Source of the DNA: Dicyema japonicum
Taxonomy: Eukaryota > Animalia > Dicyemida
DNA: 64,000 bases
Reading direction: 5' to 3'
Assembly: GCA_011109175.1 (NCBI GenBank)
Contig: RDEW01000015.1
Location: 638,310-702,309 of the forward strand
Position 1 is the first letter of the stretch; every line of letters starts with the position of its first letter. Shown here piece after piece: positions 42,170 through 56,587 of this stretch. Both the position numbers and the translations under genes were made by a program. The notes under the pieces are model-generated. The model had not been told where the DNA came from. It was given only the letters and a program-made list of their open reading frames with translations, and did no database searches.

Positions 42170-42800
42170 TTAAGATTCCATTTTTGCCATCCGTCTCTGG
42201 ACACGCGCCGTGAGTCGTTTCCATCTTCCCCTGATTCTCGCATCCGCCCTCAGATCTTCCAGATCCTCTCCTGTTTTCAGTTTTCTTCCTATGCAAGTGA
42301 GTTCTCTGTCGACTTCGATACGTTGTTTTGTTTAATACAGAAAAGTATGATTCCATGGCCTGATTGACCAAGGCCATTTCCGAAGCTCTTCGGATATGTC
42401 CAAAGAGCTGTCTTTTCGCAGAAGTAACTTTATTGTTGTTTGAGTAATTCTATATAGCTCGTTGGTTATCCGTTTTGGCCAGTAGACTCCCAGGAAGAGT
42501 CATAGTTGTTTTTCTGTGGAAAAAGTTGAGGTTTTCCAGTTCTTTGGCGGTTAAGCCCCAGGTCCCCGCGTTATAAAGTAGAATTGGTTCGATAAAGGAG
42601 TTGTACAACCGAATTCAAAGGCGAGTGCCTATGTACTTTCGTCGCATTCAGATCGCCCACAATTTTTTGAAAGAAGCAACCCCAGAACTTTCCTGTGAAT
42701 AACGTCCTCCAAATCCTCGAGGAGAGATCCAACTTATTCAGTTTAGGAAATTAATTTTTTGACCAATTCTTTACTCTGATCGATCCCATGTAAATTTCTC
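42170..42800 (-). mobile_element. Degenerate RTE-like LINE 3' half
   Basis: LYNAGTWGLTAKEL...YWPKRITNE...QLFGHIRR...NQAMESYF. Confidence 0.7.
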
Positions 42801-42858
42801 TTTAAACCTGGGGACCAACCTTCATTTATCTTTACACTAGATTATTATCATTTATAAA

Positions 42859-44035
42859 GGTTCGATCATGGAGGGGTGTCCGGCGGCGTCCAAAGCTCGC
42901 CTAACGACTTCGTTTGAGGCCATGTGTCTGGGAAATCTGCCTGCACTCTTCCTGCAGAAGAGAGTGTGTAGGCCAAAACAGTCGATCTGGTATCCGCTTC
43001 GGCACGATGTGGAACACAAACGTTTAATCCCAGTCGCAATGAGATCCCAATACGGACGCATTCATCATCCAGGAAGGTACCCAGAACTCCATTGGGAATG
43101 GAGTTGAGCCAGGCACCGCTCTCGGTTTTCGTTGTCCACTCGAGGAAAGTGCCCTGATGGCTGCGTGGGTGCCATCTTCGATTAACTTCGACCGGACAGT
43201 TCTCTTGAGACGGAACACTTCGACTTCCTCGTTCTGACCACGTGTCTCCCTCGTACGGATAGAAGCCATGGGACAACTGGAGATGTGGATAATTCCAAAA
43301 AAACGAATATTGGTCCTCATGGGGGTAGCGATAGACTCCTTTCCATGACCATCTCGATCAAGTCCCAGTGTGGAAGACGCAAAACTGAATAAACGCATCC
43401 AATCATGTAATGCGTTAGTCCGGAGGGCATTTTCGATCGTTTTGGAAACGGCCTCTGCAGCGACAGGTCGTACGGCTTTTGGAATTCTCACAAGGATAGT
43501 CCGTGAAGAACGTAATTCAGAGATGAGACGTAGGAATGTTTCAAGGTCCATGGTTGATGAGTAATTAACGGGAGAGTTGACATTGGCACGAGCACAAGGA
43601 ACCTCCCTGCATAGGCCGAGGCATGAATGGCAGTGCCATACTCCAAGCACGCTCGCTGCGGCTTGTGAGAGCGTGATACACCCGAGGTGGAAGAAATCTC
43701 CAAAAGCAGAGCAAGAGATACCACGCTTCCGAGTTCTGACAAGCCGACATGACAAACACATCTAGTTGACTTGGCTGGTACCTTTTTCTTCGAAGTGGGA
43801 ACATTCTTTTCAGGTGTTTTTTTCACAACAGGCATAATCAAAACAACGACCGTCCACAACAACACGTCTTATATTGAGCTTTGGACGCCGTCGGACACCC
43901 CTCCATGCTCGAACCTGTCGGCCTTTGCAAACGGGACAGGAAACGACCAGATGAGATGACAATCTTCCCCTTTGAAGCCGGGAAATCTCTTGTCTGGGAC
44001 GTTACCTGCTTTGACTTTATGGCAAATTTACCTAG
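42859..44035. mobile_element. Rearranged CRE-like element: inverted 5' segment (minus, 42859-43870) lacking RT, plus forward RLE continuation (43876-44035)
   Basis: The minus segment runs PHD - N-terminal domain - directly into SGAWLNSIP...CCHC...PSMIEP. The plus segment starts with the same 40 nt (2 mismatches) and continues EPVGL...RPDE...WDVTC. Confidence 0.8.
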
Positions 44036-44149
44036 GAAAATTTTTTTTAAAATATTAAAAAAATAATCAAAAACTTTATTAAAATATAGAATAATGTAAT
44101 TCAAAACGTTTTCATGTTAAAAATTCCGGTCTTTAGATAATAATTTTAC

Positions 44150-45050
44150 ACTAATAAAAATCTTTACTTAATAGACATGTGGAAGGAGATTTTTTCAAAT
44201 AGCCGTATGTGCTTATAGAAATATGTTATTTTTCCACTTTTGTATTAAAAAAGCTTATTAACAAAAAATCTATAATTCAGATACTTCTTAATTCCGCATA
44301 AATCGTTACTGAAATACAATTTTTGAATATGCTAGCTCGTCTTCTACGGTGAAATAAGTTTTCCTGTCACCCCTATCAAATTATAAACCAATGTTAACAT
44401 AATATAGCTGATAAATTGCTCCATAGTTCACTTTAATAGATTACTTCCAGGCATTTTTTATTAAAATTCCATTTCCATCAAAATTATAGTTATTTTTTAC
44501 ATCAATAAATTTTTATAATAATATTCAACAATTTCAAGACAATTCCCCTTCTGGCCAGAATTATTTTGGGTAGATAGCCAATTTCAAATGAATTTTCTGT
44601 TTTCAATCAAAGTTTATTTGTGTATTCACACATATTTACATCGATTTCGTAGATCGAACCAATTTTTTCCAACTCTATAATAAATGCATGTAAAAACTCA
44701 AAAATTGCTTCGGTCAAGTTACCTTTGGCATAAATTTTCTACAATTTTTCATAGAAGGAAGTAAAACGAAATCCAATGCCCTCAAACAAGTCTTTTAAAC
44801 TTTAATGTGCAAAGAAAATCATATTCGAGTAAGCATCAGTGACTCATTGGTCCTAGAGTTAGTAGATGGAATGAGAAAATCAAATATTTTTAAGTAGCAC
44901 CTGTGAAATAGAAAAAATGATAGACCTGTTAGTTTGAAATATTTCTTAGACGAAAGATTCAACAAAAACCTGTTGTTTAGAAAATTCGTAAGTTGATAGA
45001 AAATTCCCCAGGATGTTTTCTAATAACAGTTTTAAGCTTTTCAATGACCT
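44150..45050 (-). mobile_element. Possible Merlin/IS1595-like transposase relic
   Basis: Heavily decayed AT-rich sequence with KIGSIYEID and later FVNKLF...HIRLFEK, reminiscent of Merlin motifs. Confidence 0.3.
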
Positions 45051-45214
45051 TCCAGATTGAACCCGCATGACACGTTAGTACTTTATTCAAAAACTCTAAA
45101 AATTATTAAATTAAAAATAAAAATCAATAAAAATTTTGACTTTATTGACCTAAAAATTAAATTTTGACTTTTTTGACTTTATAGTGAATTTGTTTAAGGC
45201 TATTAACGAGCACG

Positions 45215-46520
45215 CTCTGTCTTTATATAACTATTATATTGGACTCATTAATGTGGAACCCTGTGAATACGATTTGATTGACTCAGCTATCAGCCCATAT
45301 TGATTAAACATCGAGTCCATCTCAACCTGCATGCAAGCAGAGGCTTTATTTACGAGGAATTACCTGTGAGGGCTACGCTCAATCTCTCTTCTAAGTGAGA
45401 AGATGTTATATGGATTTTTTCATGATTTGAAACTCAGAAGTACTGTTTGCAGTAGAAGCGCCGCAATTCTTCAAGCCGAAATTTCGGAGAAAACACATTT
45501 GGCATTAATCGAAGAATTTCTAAGGCACAAGTATTCTGTTTGCGACATGAGTCGGATACAAAATTGATATCGAACATGCAAAAAGAAGGTTTAATGAATC
45601 AAATAAGACTGGAGAGTCTTCATTACGTTATTTATAAGAATTTGTTGGAGATTATGTGAATATAGAGCATTCCTCTCATTGGCTTCTAAAAGGGATAACT
45701 CCCAAGGTCGAAGCCTTATTCTGCCTTATTCAAGATAGGAATCTGTTCTTTGGAGAACAAAATGCAATGTGCACCCATTGTAAAAAATGGAGAAGACCGT
45801 GGATCATTGTGCCACAAGTGTGAAAAGATGTTGCATGGGATTATGTAAGAAGACATAACCAAGTCGTGAGGTGTCTACATTTCCACTTTTGCAAATAGTT
45901 TGGTCTCAAAAACAAGAAACTGAAGACTCATTCAGTGCAATTCATTGTAATGAGTTGAAATCAGAGTTGACACCTTTATCAAACGGAAATAATTATTGAG
46001 CATAAAAAAGCCAGACCTGTTCGTTTTGATAACAGGAGAAACAAAATTACCTTGGTCGAGGTGGGAATAACATCATCCCAAAATCTACAGCAGGTGGAAT
46101 GCGAAAAGCTGAGGAAGTATGACCTTATTTCCATAGAACTGGAGTTGAATGCACCACGCAGAGGTCAAGATTGTCCCGATTGTACTCACTTGGGATAACC
46201 TAGTGACTTCCCATTCGTGGAAGTATGCCAGATCTTTCAATATAAGTGAATGAACGTATGCGTATGTCAATCGCTGTTAATCAAGAAGACTTTGGAGAGT
46301 ATGATTGCATCATATAGGAACGAAGTCGACGTTTCGCGGCGTTATGAAAGGATAAAGGATATTTACTCTCGGTCTGATTATGAAGAAATTCAAGAAAAGA
46401 GTGTGGGAGAAGTGATGACAATACATATTGAGGAAAAGGAAAACGACTGTGACAATTGGGTTTACTCCCATAGTTGCTCGAAGAGGAAACGAATTGGATA
46501 GAGAACATTTTAATTAGAAT
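45215..46520 (+). mobile_element. R4/Dong-like RLE retrotransposon, 3' part, degenerate
   Basis: LYNYYIGLIN, CTHC...RRHNQVVRCLH, KPDLFV...ITLVEVGIT...EKLRKYD; 3' UTR ends GAGAACATTTTAATTAGAATTAA. Confidence 0.75.
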
Positions 46521-47055
46521 TAACTTTTTAAGATAAGGGTTATGGCTAAGACAAAAGATAGGAATAGCCATACTCCGAGGGAACTCGTTCGCAATCCACG
46601 CAGCAGATATTTTGGTTCAATAAAATAAAAAAATTTATAACTTTTAATTTATATAATATTTTTGATTAAAAATCACATTTTTATAAGTTTTAAACAATTT
46701 AAAGAAAAGAAAAAAGAACATATAAGTTTTGACTTTATTGAACAAAATCTCCCTAATGATGAGCTAAAGACTTTTCCGATGCACAAGAGTTTCGAGTTTG
46801 CCACTACTTGTAAGAAAAGGGAAACTTGTTATAAGGCGCCAGTGACCTCTTAACTAATCCTTCCCACGCGGCTTCACTCCCTTACCTAGCAAGATTTCGG
46901 TAGACTCTAGTATTTGATGGCGCATTGTCATAAATGCTGGAAAATACTCAGAATCTTCAAGGACTCAGCAATTCATCAGTAAATATTTTAATTATATAGA
47001 ACGACAATATTTTATATAGAGCATTAAACTATTTGAAAATATCAGTCACGTGGGA

Positions 47056-47516
<461 letters not shown>

Positions 47517-47594
47517 TGCTGATACTAGCTTTAAATTATTTTTTAAACATTCTTAATAAATTTTATTGGTTAAAATAATCAACAAGTAATTCAT

Positions 47595-48897
47595 TTATTT
47601 TTCAAAACAACAAAATATTATTTATTAACTATGGGGGAGAGCGGCTGCTGACATTACGGAGTAAGCGTTTCGGACAACTGCGATCCCAATTCGTTGCCTC
47701 AGTCAGATCGCTTCCCGCACGTCTTTCCTACGGCGGGCCAATTTCCCCCCTGGAGTGCATCCAGCCACTCTCCGCTCCCATGGTTGGCGGCGGACACGAG
47801 GCATGCAAGACGGTGCTGGTTGGCATCAGACTTTAGCACGTCGAAGATATTCTTGGAGTAAATCTCATCCCAGTCACGTTGCCTCGAAGGATCGTTCGGC
47901 ATATCCAAACCAGTTTCACACCATTCGCGACGAGCTTCATCGAAGACTCATTCCCAAGAAAGTCCGGTTGGAAAACGTAGGATATCTTGGAACAAAAGGC
48001 TTCCACTTGATAGCGATGACACATATGCTGGAAAGGCGATCTCCAGCGCCGACCTGAGACCCGTACCTCCGAGGCGTGTAGGCAGCTTGCATTGGTTCTA
48101 GCTCGGCATATCAAAGTGGACGTTTAGCAGCAATTCAGCTGATTTTCTCAATATCCTATCCAGTGACAGGAGGATGTCACGATGTTTGAAGCAGGGAGAA
48201 CATCGGAGAGCATATAGGAGTTTGGGCAAGCCGATGCTATTCTTCAAAAGGAAGAACGCTGTATGAGCATCGAGTAATGGAAGAGTTTCTCCGTGACTCT
48301 AGAGAGTTCATCCTCTTTTGTTAGCAAATGGCTCCGCTGTTCCCTTTTGCCAAGTGGGCACCCAAGAAATTATGTCCGCTCCCTGAGTAAGACAGTAATT
48401 CCAGGTAGTACCGAGTTGAAAGACTCGACCACATTGATAAAATCACTCTCTGAGTATGTGATATTTATTAGCTCCGATTTCTTTATGTTTATCTCAAGTC
48501 CGAGGTTTCGTAGTGCCGGCACGGCATGTGATGAAGTTTTTTCCACGGCCCTCTAATCGTGGCGTCATCAAGATACCAGAGGTTTAGTTGTGTGTTTATA
48601 GAGCGGACAATTTCATCAATGACCAGATCGAAGAGAAGTGACCAAGGGGGTCCCCTTATTGAACTCCAGTCTCCGAACAGATAATCTTGTCCCCGAAAAC
48701 CAGTGAAGAATTGGTTCCGTAAGCGAGGTAGATAAGTGGAATAAGTTCCGGGGCTCGTTTGCTTGTAGTTTCGAAAATTTGATCCCTCCTTAGTGAATTG
48801 AAGGCATTGCAGATGTCCAGCTTGACCCCAATGTGTTGGTTTTGTTCGTCTTTCTGTTCAAAAATCACTCGCAGCATGCACTGCCGCATCCGTTCCT
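47595..48897 (-). mobile_element. 5'-truncated and internally deleted copy of the 26881 CRE subfamily
   Basis: High nucleotide similarity to 26900-28730; jumps from the SGEWLDAL region to the last about 130 nt. Confidence 0.9.
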
Positions 48898-49974
48898 TAT
48901 TTAACAAATTTATAAAATTAAAGATTTCATTCCATGTCAACATATTTTTTTAAATATTTTATTTTTGACTGAGGTGGTGGGTCTCAACTGCACGAATGTC
49001 TTCAACACACCAACTTCCTATCGCCTAATCTACTGGCTTGGATGCCCTACAAAGTACGGCAAAAGATTGTTGTGCATTCCTCACAGTCATCAACACCAAA
49101 CTGAAATTGAACAGGTCACAAGAGTAGTTGGTATATAACCATATATTAACATCATCCGCCGAGTCAACATACACCTTGTTCATCTTGGACCGATGGAGCA
49201 AAGAGGAACCCAAAATTTTAATTTGTTCTCCCATGATTCTGGGAGTAACCTATGACAAACTGAAAAGGACTTTCACAAAGGGACTCCATAAACTGAACGC
49301 CATAAGCCCGTACAGCTTGAAGGAGTTATTTTCATTTGGACGAGTCCATCACAAGACTTTATATATAAACTACTGCTTCGAATTTGGAGTATGCCTCGGT
49401 CACATGGAGATTCTCAATTTTATAGACGAAAGTCAAAAAACTCGATACGTCATATCAAAAAAACTCTCCATATGCTGACCTCCCAAGTAGGAATATCTAT
49501 CGAATCCCTACTTATGGAAGGTTCGACACGCAGATGTGGAGTCGATATAGACGGATCGATTGATCACGGGGACTGGGATCGCCCCATAGTTTCACCTTTT
49601 CATTGTCTTCCTTTCTCGGTGACCTCGATGTTCCCAAAATAAATAAATGGTAGTTAGGACGTCTATAGCACCTGGTTCTGGGTACGGTTCTTCCCACTTG
49701 GTCTAAAGTTTTCTTTCTTCTGATCCTTATCTTCTTTAAAGGCCGAGTACTCTTCAGTTTCCTCCGTTCGGCAGAATAGCCTAATAATGAATGAAAGCCA
49801 TTTTCTTTCTTCTCATGACATGGACGAGGTGACAGACTGTGAACACCGGAAACCTGAAGTTACGAACAAAGAAAGTGTCGGATGGACGCAGGATCCATGT
49901 TTGAATCTCGTCCAGTCCAAAATCGAATGAACTTTTAGGATCATGATGATAATAAATATGATTTTATATTAGAA

Positions 49975-50640
49975 AGGACTCCACGCACTTTCCTGCCGAA
50001 GGAGCGCTGGAAGGAGCCTGAGACATAGTGCAATCAACAAGGTTATTGCGTGGGGACTAGAAGCTGCCGGATTCCCTGTCCAGATGGAGCCCCTAGGACT
50101 TGCCAAGCAAACAGAAGGCCGGATGGAGCGACTCTGTTCCCGTGGGATGCTGGGAAGTACCTGGCCTGGGATGCCACCTGCGTAGATAGCTTCTCCCCTT
50201 CCAATATTACAATGAGTGCGACAAATCCAGGCTCAGCTGCAGAGAAAGCAGAAATACTTAAAGCAAAGAAGTACACATGCCTCGGCGAGCAGTACACATT
50301 TGAACCAGTCGCAGTCGAAACTTCGGGAGTCATAGGAAGCAGGTCGTTNNNNNNNNNNNNNNNNNNNNNNNNNNNNNNNNNNNNNNNNNNNNNNNNNNNN
50401 NNNNNNNNNNNNNNNNNNNNCCTCGGCGAGCAGAACACATTTGAACCAGTCGCAGTCGAAACTTCGGGAGTCGTAGGAAGCAGGTTGTTAACTCTGCTCA
50501 ACAAAATTGGATCGTTAGTGGCTAAAAGGAGGAGGGATGTCAGAGAGAAGGGCTGGCTCATTGAGCGCATCTCCTTACAGATCGTAAGGGGAAATGCGCT
50601 CTCAATCCTGAGAGCAGCCAGTAGCCTTTAACTATTTGGC
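49975..50640 (+). mobile_element. CRE-like RLE 3' segment spanning a 72-N gap (50349-50420)
   Basis: HALSCRRSAGR...RPDG...WDATCVDSF...FEPVAVETSG...RISLQIVRGNA. Confidence 0.85.
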
Positions 50641-50849
50641 TTTATTCTTCAATAAATTATTATATTAAAAAAATTAATAAAATTAAACGAAGGAGCAAAT
50701 GCGATCGTTTTTTTCGTAAATATTGATCAAGAAGATCATATCAGATGGTCATCGTTGTCTTAGCCAGAAAATGGAAATAAAACTGTTATGAATTTAGAAG
50801 AGATTTGAATATTGATGTGAAGAGATTATTATCAGGGATCTCGTATTGT

Positions 50850-51910
50850 ATAAAAAAACTGGTTACTCTTTTGCAAGTCTCATACTAACGATACCTAATT
50901 GACCACCCATAGGATCTGTTGTCTTTCCAGTCTCGTTTAACTTACACCTATCAAGTTTGGTAACCAGAATACTTTTTTCATATAATAATGATTGTTCTAT
51001 AATGTTGATATTGTCTCTTTAAGTTATAAAAACACACTATTTCCCCCTCCATTTACCTTAATTTCACAATCTTTCTCCACCAAATTGTATATAACAGACC
51101 GTAGTCAGTTCAGCCTATAACCAACTCTTTACACAAAACTCTCCTTTCTGTCATCAAAATCAGAAAATGCTCAACTTATTCGGGTACTTCATTTGGCAAG
51201 GAGAGCTTAACAATTATCCACAAACAATTTATCAGAGCGCGATATCAACTATGCTGTTACTGCCCAGAGTTCTTTTAAATCTAACTATATACGTCTCCTC
51301 AATGATCCCCCAACACTCAGGGGATTTAAAGCTGAAGAGTCACACAATATTATTAGAGAACCCCAAATTAAGAATATTAAAATAATTATAAAATGTCAAA
51401 TCTCCTTTTCATTCCTCACGTACTCCCCAATATCAGCTTGGTGGAGTAATATAATATCAAATGGCTTGGAAGTACGACACGTGTCACATGACTTTGTACA
51501 AACTCCAAATCCCCACATATAATAAAACACATCGAACCAAGGCAATATTATTCATAGAATACACCACAGCCCTGCTGTACTGCTTAATGTCTTCTGAAAG
51601 TCGCCCGATCCCTGACTTCTTCACGTGGTTACCATACAAAAAGAGTTGTTCTGCTGCAGGTTTCAACCAAACCTTGTTCTAGAGCTAAGCAAGGTACAAA
51701 CCTTAGCGAATGGACTCAGATAGTCCAAGGATGTTATGTGAAGGTGGAACTTGTGCGTCTTTGTGAACTTCCCAAAGCACGTGCCTACAGAGAGCAATTC
51801 CTTTCGGGATATTTTAGAAGACTGGTTGAAAAGAGTCAGTCTGAAATGATGAGTAACAATACCTAATATAGTAAACACGATCTTTGTGGAGACGGAAGCA
51901 GTATTCATAG
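50850..51910 (-). mobile_element. Highly degenerate LINE, probably RTE-like
   Basis: Scattered APE- and thumb-like peptides in shifting frames. Confidence 0.3.
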
Positions 51911-52197
51911 TCCTTTCGTTCTACGAATTGTCTTATGTTGTCCCCAACACTGGAATGAGTATAAAGTTACTATTTGAATAGTTTTTCGTAAACTTTTCTC
52001 ATTTCTTCGTCTGTTAGTTGCCTCATTGTTAGGTCTCAATAAAGTAAAAAAAACTCTACAACGGCAGAAAAATTCACGTGTTGTTTTTAATTTTAAATAT
52101 AATTATTTAATTATAAATATAATTTAATTGAGACTAATTTTTAAATATAATTGTTTATAATAAATATAATTTAATTTGCCTTCTGACTGAATTTCTG

Positions 52198-52468
52198 GTG
52201 ACATCGGATCTGACATCAGTAATTAGAATCCATAAGATTGAGTTTTCAGCGAAGGTCAATCAATTATCGTCAACCAAATTTCACCAGTGAGGTGACGAGT
52301 TTTCTACCACACCATATCACACTTTCTCTTTGCCAAAAAAAGATATTCCATTATGAAAACTCTCCCGCTAATGAATGAAGTGATGTCCGCGATGGTGGGA
52401 CATGCGACGAAAATAGAAGAGGGCGGACCTACTTCTCCACTTCACTTCGGAAGCCTGTAATGGACTAG
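52198..52468 (+). pseudogene. Copy C (5' part) of the unidentified dispersed family
   Basis: Shares CATCGGATCTGAC, TTTTCAGCGAAGGTCAAT and GATGTCCGCGATGGT...GACCTACTTCTCCAC with copy A. Confidence 0.55.
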
Positions 52469-53699
52469 CATGAATTATATCTGCATCTCCCTCCATTGGT
52501 TTCCTTTCTTGAATTAATTAGTTATGAATGTTTGTGTGGGCTTACCAAAGATTGTAAACCTGTGGTTAATAAATTACAAATAAATTTAATTTAATTGAGA
52601 ATCTCTGAATATATGACTGCTTTGTTTTCTTAGTGGTCGGAGAATACTGGTTTGTTTTGGTTTTTTTGCTCATCATCACGAATCTTACAAATGGCGACCC
52701 TCTGAGATCACCTAAATTTTCCTTTGCTATTTAACTTATTCTTGTTTTGCTTTTCTACCGCAGAAGGCAGTACGAGTACAGAGTAACTTATGCAGACAAT
52801 CTCTCTCAGGCCTCTCGTGAAATCTGTAATGTCTGAGATGCAACAAATTGGAATTAGCTACATATTTGGTTGTAAGATAACTACCATTTAACCATGAAAA
52901 GGTTATTTCATGGACAAATTTTGTTATGATTGCGGTCACTCTGAAAAGAACATACATAATTACTTAACAGTGGACTTAGGAAATAGTAGCAACCAAGGAA
53001 TTCTAAATTTTGATAAACAAAGCTGGCTGCCCTTTCTATCGAAATCAGACAATTCCCGTTTGGCAAGGACTTTTGTGTTAAACTCTCATGATTAAACACG
53101 CCTTTACCATTTTTATGGGTTCTGTCTTAATTTTCAAAAATCCGATTGCAAATGAATATTTTAGTGAAATGAACAAACATTTTTTTCTAAATGAAGGATA
53201 TTAAGATGAGTTAGTTTAATTTTGTGTTTGAAACATAAATAAAACAAATGGTTGTTTTGGCGTTATTGTTGTATAGTGGGTCTCCTAATATGTATATGAC
53301 CAGTTTGAGTGTCTGCATGACATAATTTATACTTATGTACTAGATAGGATTAAAATAGCGTCTCTGAACTATTTATAACTACATTTTTATATTTTTAAAA
53401 CAGTGTTAGAGTGGCCAGTCATTCTGGTGTTTATTGGTTGAAAGTCGTGTTGGTGAAGTAACTTTGGTACACTTTGAGGTTTTTCTAGTAGACTTAATGT
53501 CTTCATCTCTTCCAATTACCTGAAAGATTGGAAGCACTAAGTTTAAAAAAAGAAGTTCTAGAATCTAGTCAAATTGAAACAAGATTGAAAATTATTATAA
53601 TCAAAATCATATTAGGTATAATTATTTTCGTGTCGCCTTTGTATGATCCTCTATACTAGTCTGTCCCACCCTCTTCTATTCGATGCCAGACTCCACAGA

Positions 53700-55330
53700 C
53701 TACTACTGAGGTCAACATCATCCTTTAGTGCTCTGTTTAGTGATCTCGCTTTTCTTGAAGCGTTTTTCAAATACTTCTTCGATTATGATGTTTGCTGGCA
53801 TGTCTAACGGAATTTTAGAATATGACCAAACAGTTTCAATCGCATCTTCACGACTAGGGTGCTCAGGGTCCAGAGGAGCATATTTTGTACATTCCTTACA
53901 CGTACAACCTCTTTACACGAATTAGTCATTTAGTCCAAGAGAAACCGAAGTTGCTTCATATGAAAGGAATCGAGCCTTTGTCCGTCAGTTTTCGAGATTC
54001 CCCGTGTTCCAGAGTTGTACCTAAGGATCGGTTTTATGAAAGCTTCATACAACCTGAGGCGGACTATATAACGGACGTCTTTGGATATTCTTTCATAAGC
54101 TTTAGCATGGCCACCGTAGATATCAATTTTCTCGCAATGTCTTCGGAGTCCCCGATGAAGGAGCCAAGCTTTATGGTCTTCCTCCAGTTTACAGAACTGT
54201 GTGGTTCCATCCTCTTGATCTCTACGATGTTATTTTTCGAAGCTTCATTGATAGAGATCATTTGGCTAGGACGGTGTGCTGCTATACAGCGAACAATTCC
54301 GGAGAGAGGGAGTCTCCCTAGGAGTGCCCATTGTTGTCACGATTTCTCGAGACATACATTTTCCAATACTCACTCGCAACACTGATTAATATCTTATTAT
54401 GGTGACCGAGTCCTGATCCAGAAAACTTTCCAGCAATTCATTGAGTTTTCCACAACGGACAATGTCGAATACTCTGGTGAGATCAATTCCAAGAATAGTC
54501 CTTGAATTTTGGAATCTTTGCTGAATTCCACAATGCTACAGCTGTTGATATTCCAGTCCTGAAAACACCTTGGCTTAGACTGTTGATATCCCATTCCTGA
54601 AACACCAAGTATCTGTCCACTCCTCTTGGATCCGATTAAGTCAGATCAGGGCAAGTTCTTCCGCAGGGTATTTATAAGGATCAAAAAGCAGGTTTTCAAT
54701 CAGTCCAGTGGGTTTAGTTGCTTTCAGGACTGATATTTATACTCCTTTTCTAAGCTTTGAAAAGTTCTTGTTCTCTATCATATCATTCAGTAATCTTGAA
54801 AGTTCCTCCGAAGTTTAGCCAAATTTTAACATTTCTAGGATATGTTGTCTGGTCACTGAAAGAGACAAATTTGAGCTTCTTCATCCCTCCGGAGACCTCC
54901 TGTGATAAGATGATCCGTTCGAGTTTGTTGTCTGACGTGAAATCTGATTTCTCTCCTTTCACATAGAAGAGTTTAAAAAATGCGATGCGACGAACTATGT
55001 CTGTTGGGCAGCATTTTGTTGTTTTATAGCATCCGGAATGTTAGAATTGGGTGTTACACAGGAACAATTCAAAGGCATAGTAGAAATATACTAGAGCAGT
55101 GCAAAGATAGTTCCCTTTTCCATGTGGTCCAATAAACCTAACTTCCATAATTTAATAGAAAAACCCACGTTTTATATAAAGGTGGCTTCCTTTACAATAG
55201 TCGTATAATCTATTATGAAGCGATTTATCTACTCACATAGGTAATACCTCCCACACATATCGGCGCTTTCTTCAGCACAATCTAGAGTGTCACGATTCTA
55301 TTTTTACTAGCTCGTGGTTCCCTTTCAAAA
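53700..55330 (-). mobile_element. Degenerate RTE-like LINE
   Basis: WRKTIKLGSFIGDSEDIARK and neighbouring RT/thumb remnants; boundaries approximate. Confidence 0.6.
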
Positions 55331-55525
55331 GGGACAAAAAATTAAAATTTCCAATAAAAAAGGTTTTATTTATTTTCTGCTTTAATTAGAATCACAATTC
55401 TCCACGGCCTTATGTCACAGTAGCTACGCGTTACCGAGCGATACGCGTTTATATTCCATTAAGTCCATCCATTCTACCAATTTTACGACTATGTTTTAAT
55501 GATTTCAGAATTTAATAATTATATC

Positions 55526-55700
55526 ATTATTATTAGCACTTTCACGAGAGCCATAATATTTATAGCATGTGCAGCAAAAATAAGTTAGCTTGTTCCAGAC
55601 TTTTCTGTTCTGAGCCAGATCCCTCAGTGTGTCATGTCGTCATCAGATGCCAATGTTTTCTTTACGCCTTGTAAAACGGGAGGGTATTGATCATCGGATT
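55526..55700 (-). mobile_element. 3' end of the 31927 RTE family with (TAA)n tail
   Basis: TGCACATGC...TCGTGAAAGTGCTAATAATAAT matches the 3' end of the full-length RTE. Confidence 0.7.
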
Positions 55701-56587
55701 GAAATTGATGTATTTCTAACTCATAAAATGTTATATAAAATCATGGATTAAGAACAGATATAAAAATTAAACTTTCAAATCTCACACCCAGACAGGCCAC
55801 GTGCATATATCTTTACAAATCAATATTGATTAAGTCTATATTTTATTCGAAATACAGAAACGTTTATTTGGATTCTCCATGTTCTTCACATTTTCCGCAT
55901 ATTTCATCAAATGAAATTAAAAGCCATCCCCATGAGGTAATCTTGTGAATCTGACTGAGCAGCTCGGAAAACCTCAAACTTTGTCAACATTGGGTAGACA
56001 ATTCTACTGTAACACCGGATTCGAATATCAAATTTCCTATATGCAACACAATCCTTATACTGCTGCGCTTACATTACTTTTGTTTTCTCAATTGAATTCC
56101 TAAGTCCAAAAGACATGTCCCACTAAGCTCAGTATAAACAAGGAGGCTCATCACCACAAGAAATAACAAAATTTCAATCATAATGGTGCAAAACCCATGA
56201 TATTATTATAAACCATCTTTATAATAAAATTTATAATTGATAGTTGTTGTGGTGTTGACATGTCCGTTTCTAATCATACCGAGAAATCGAATCCTATGTG
56301 CCTTCCTGTAAAATCAAATAAAGATGATAGTATAGTAGAAGCAGGAACTTCGTCTGTGGGCTGGATAATGTCACAAGAACTAATATCAACATCGTTGGGA
56401 ATATTGGTGCCAAAACCAACTTGCATTCACTATCTGCCATTATTGAAGAGGTCCACTGTGTCTCTGAAGCTGAGTGGGTTTCTCAGATTTTTCTTGCCTC
56501 GAAACAAAGATTTGGAAGGATACCTAGAGGTGGCTGGAACCTCGTACTTAAAAAGTTCAATGAAAAGTAGTCCAAGAGTTCCAGTCT

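Noticed and set aside
50280-50486. Apparent 66-bp direct repeat in the CRE fragment
   Set aside because: The two copies flank a 72-N scaffold gap, typical of an unmerged contig overlap.
52736-53099. Candidate minus-strand gene with 23-nt and 27-nt intron-like segments
   Set aside because: An open frame can be built, but it has no clear start and no recognisable homology.
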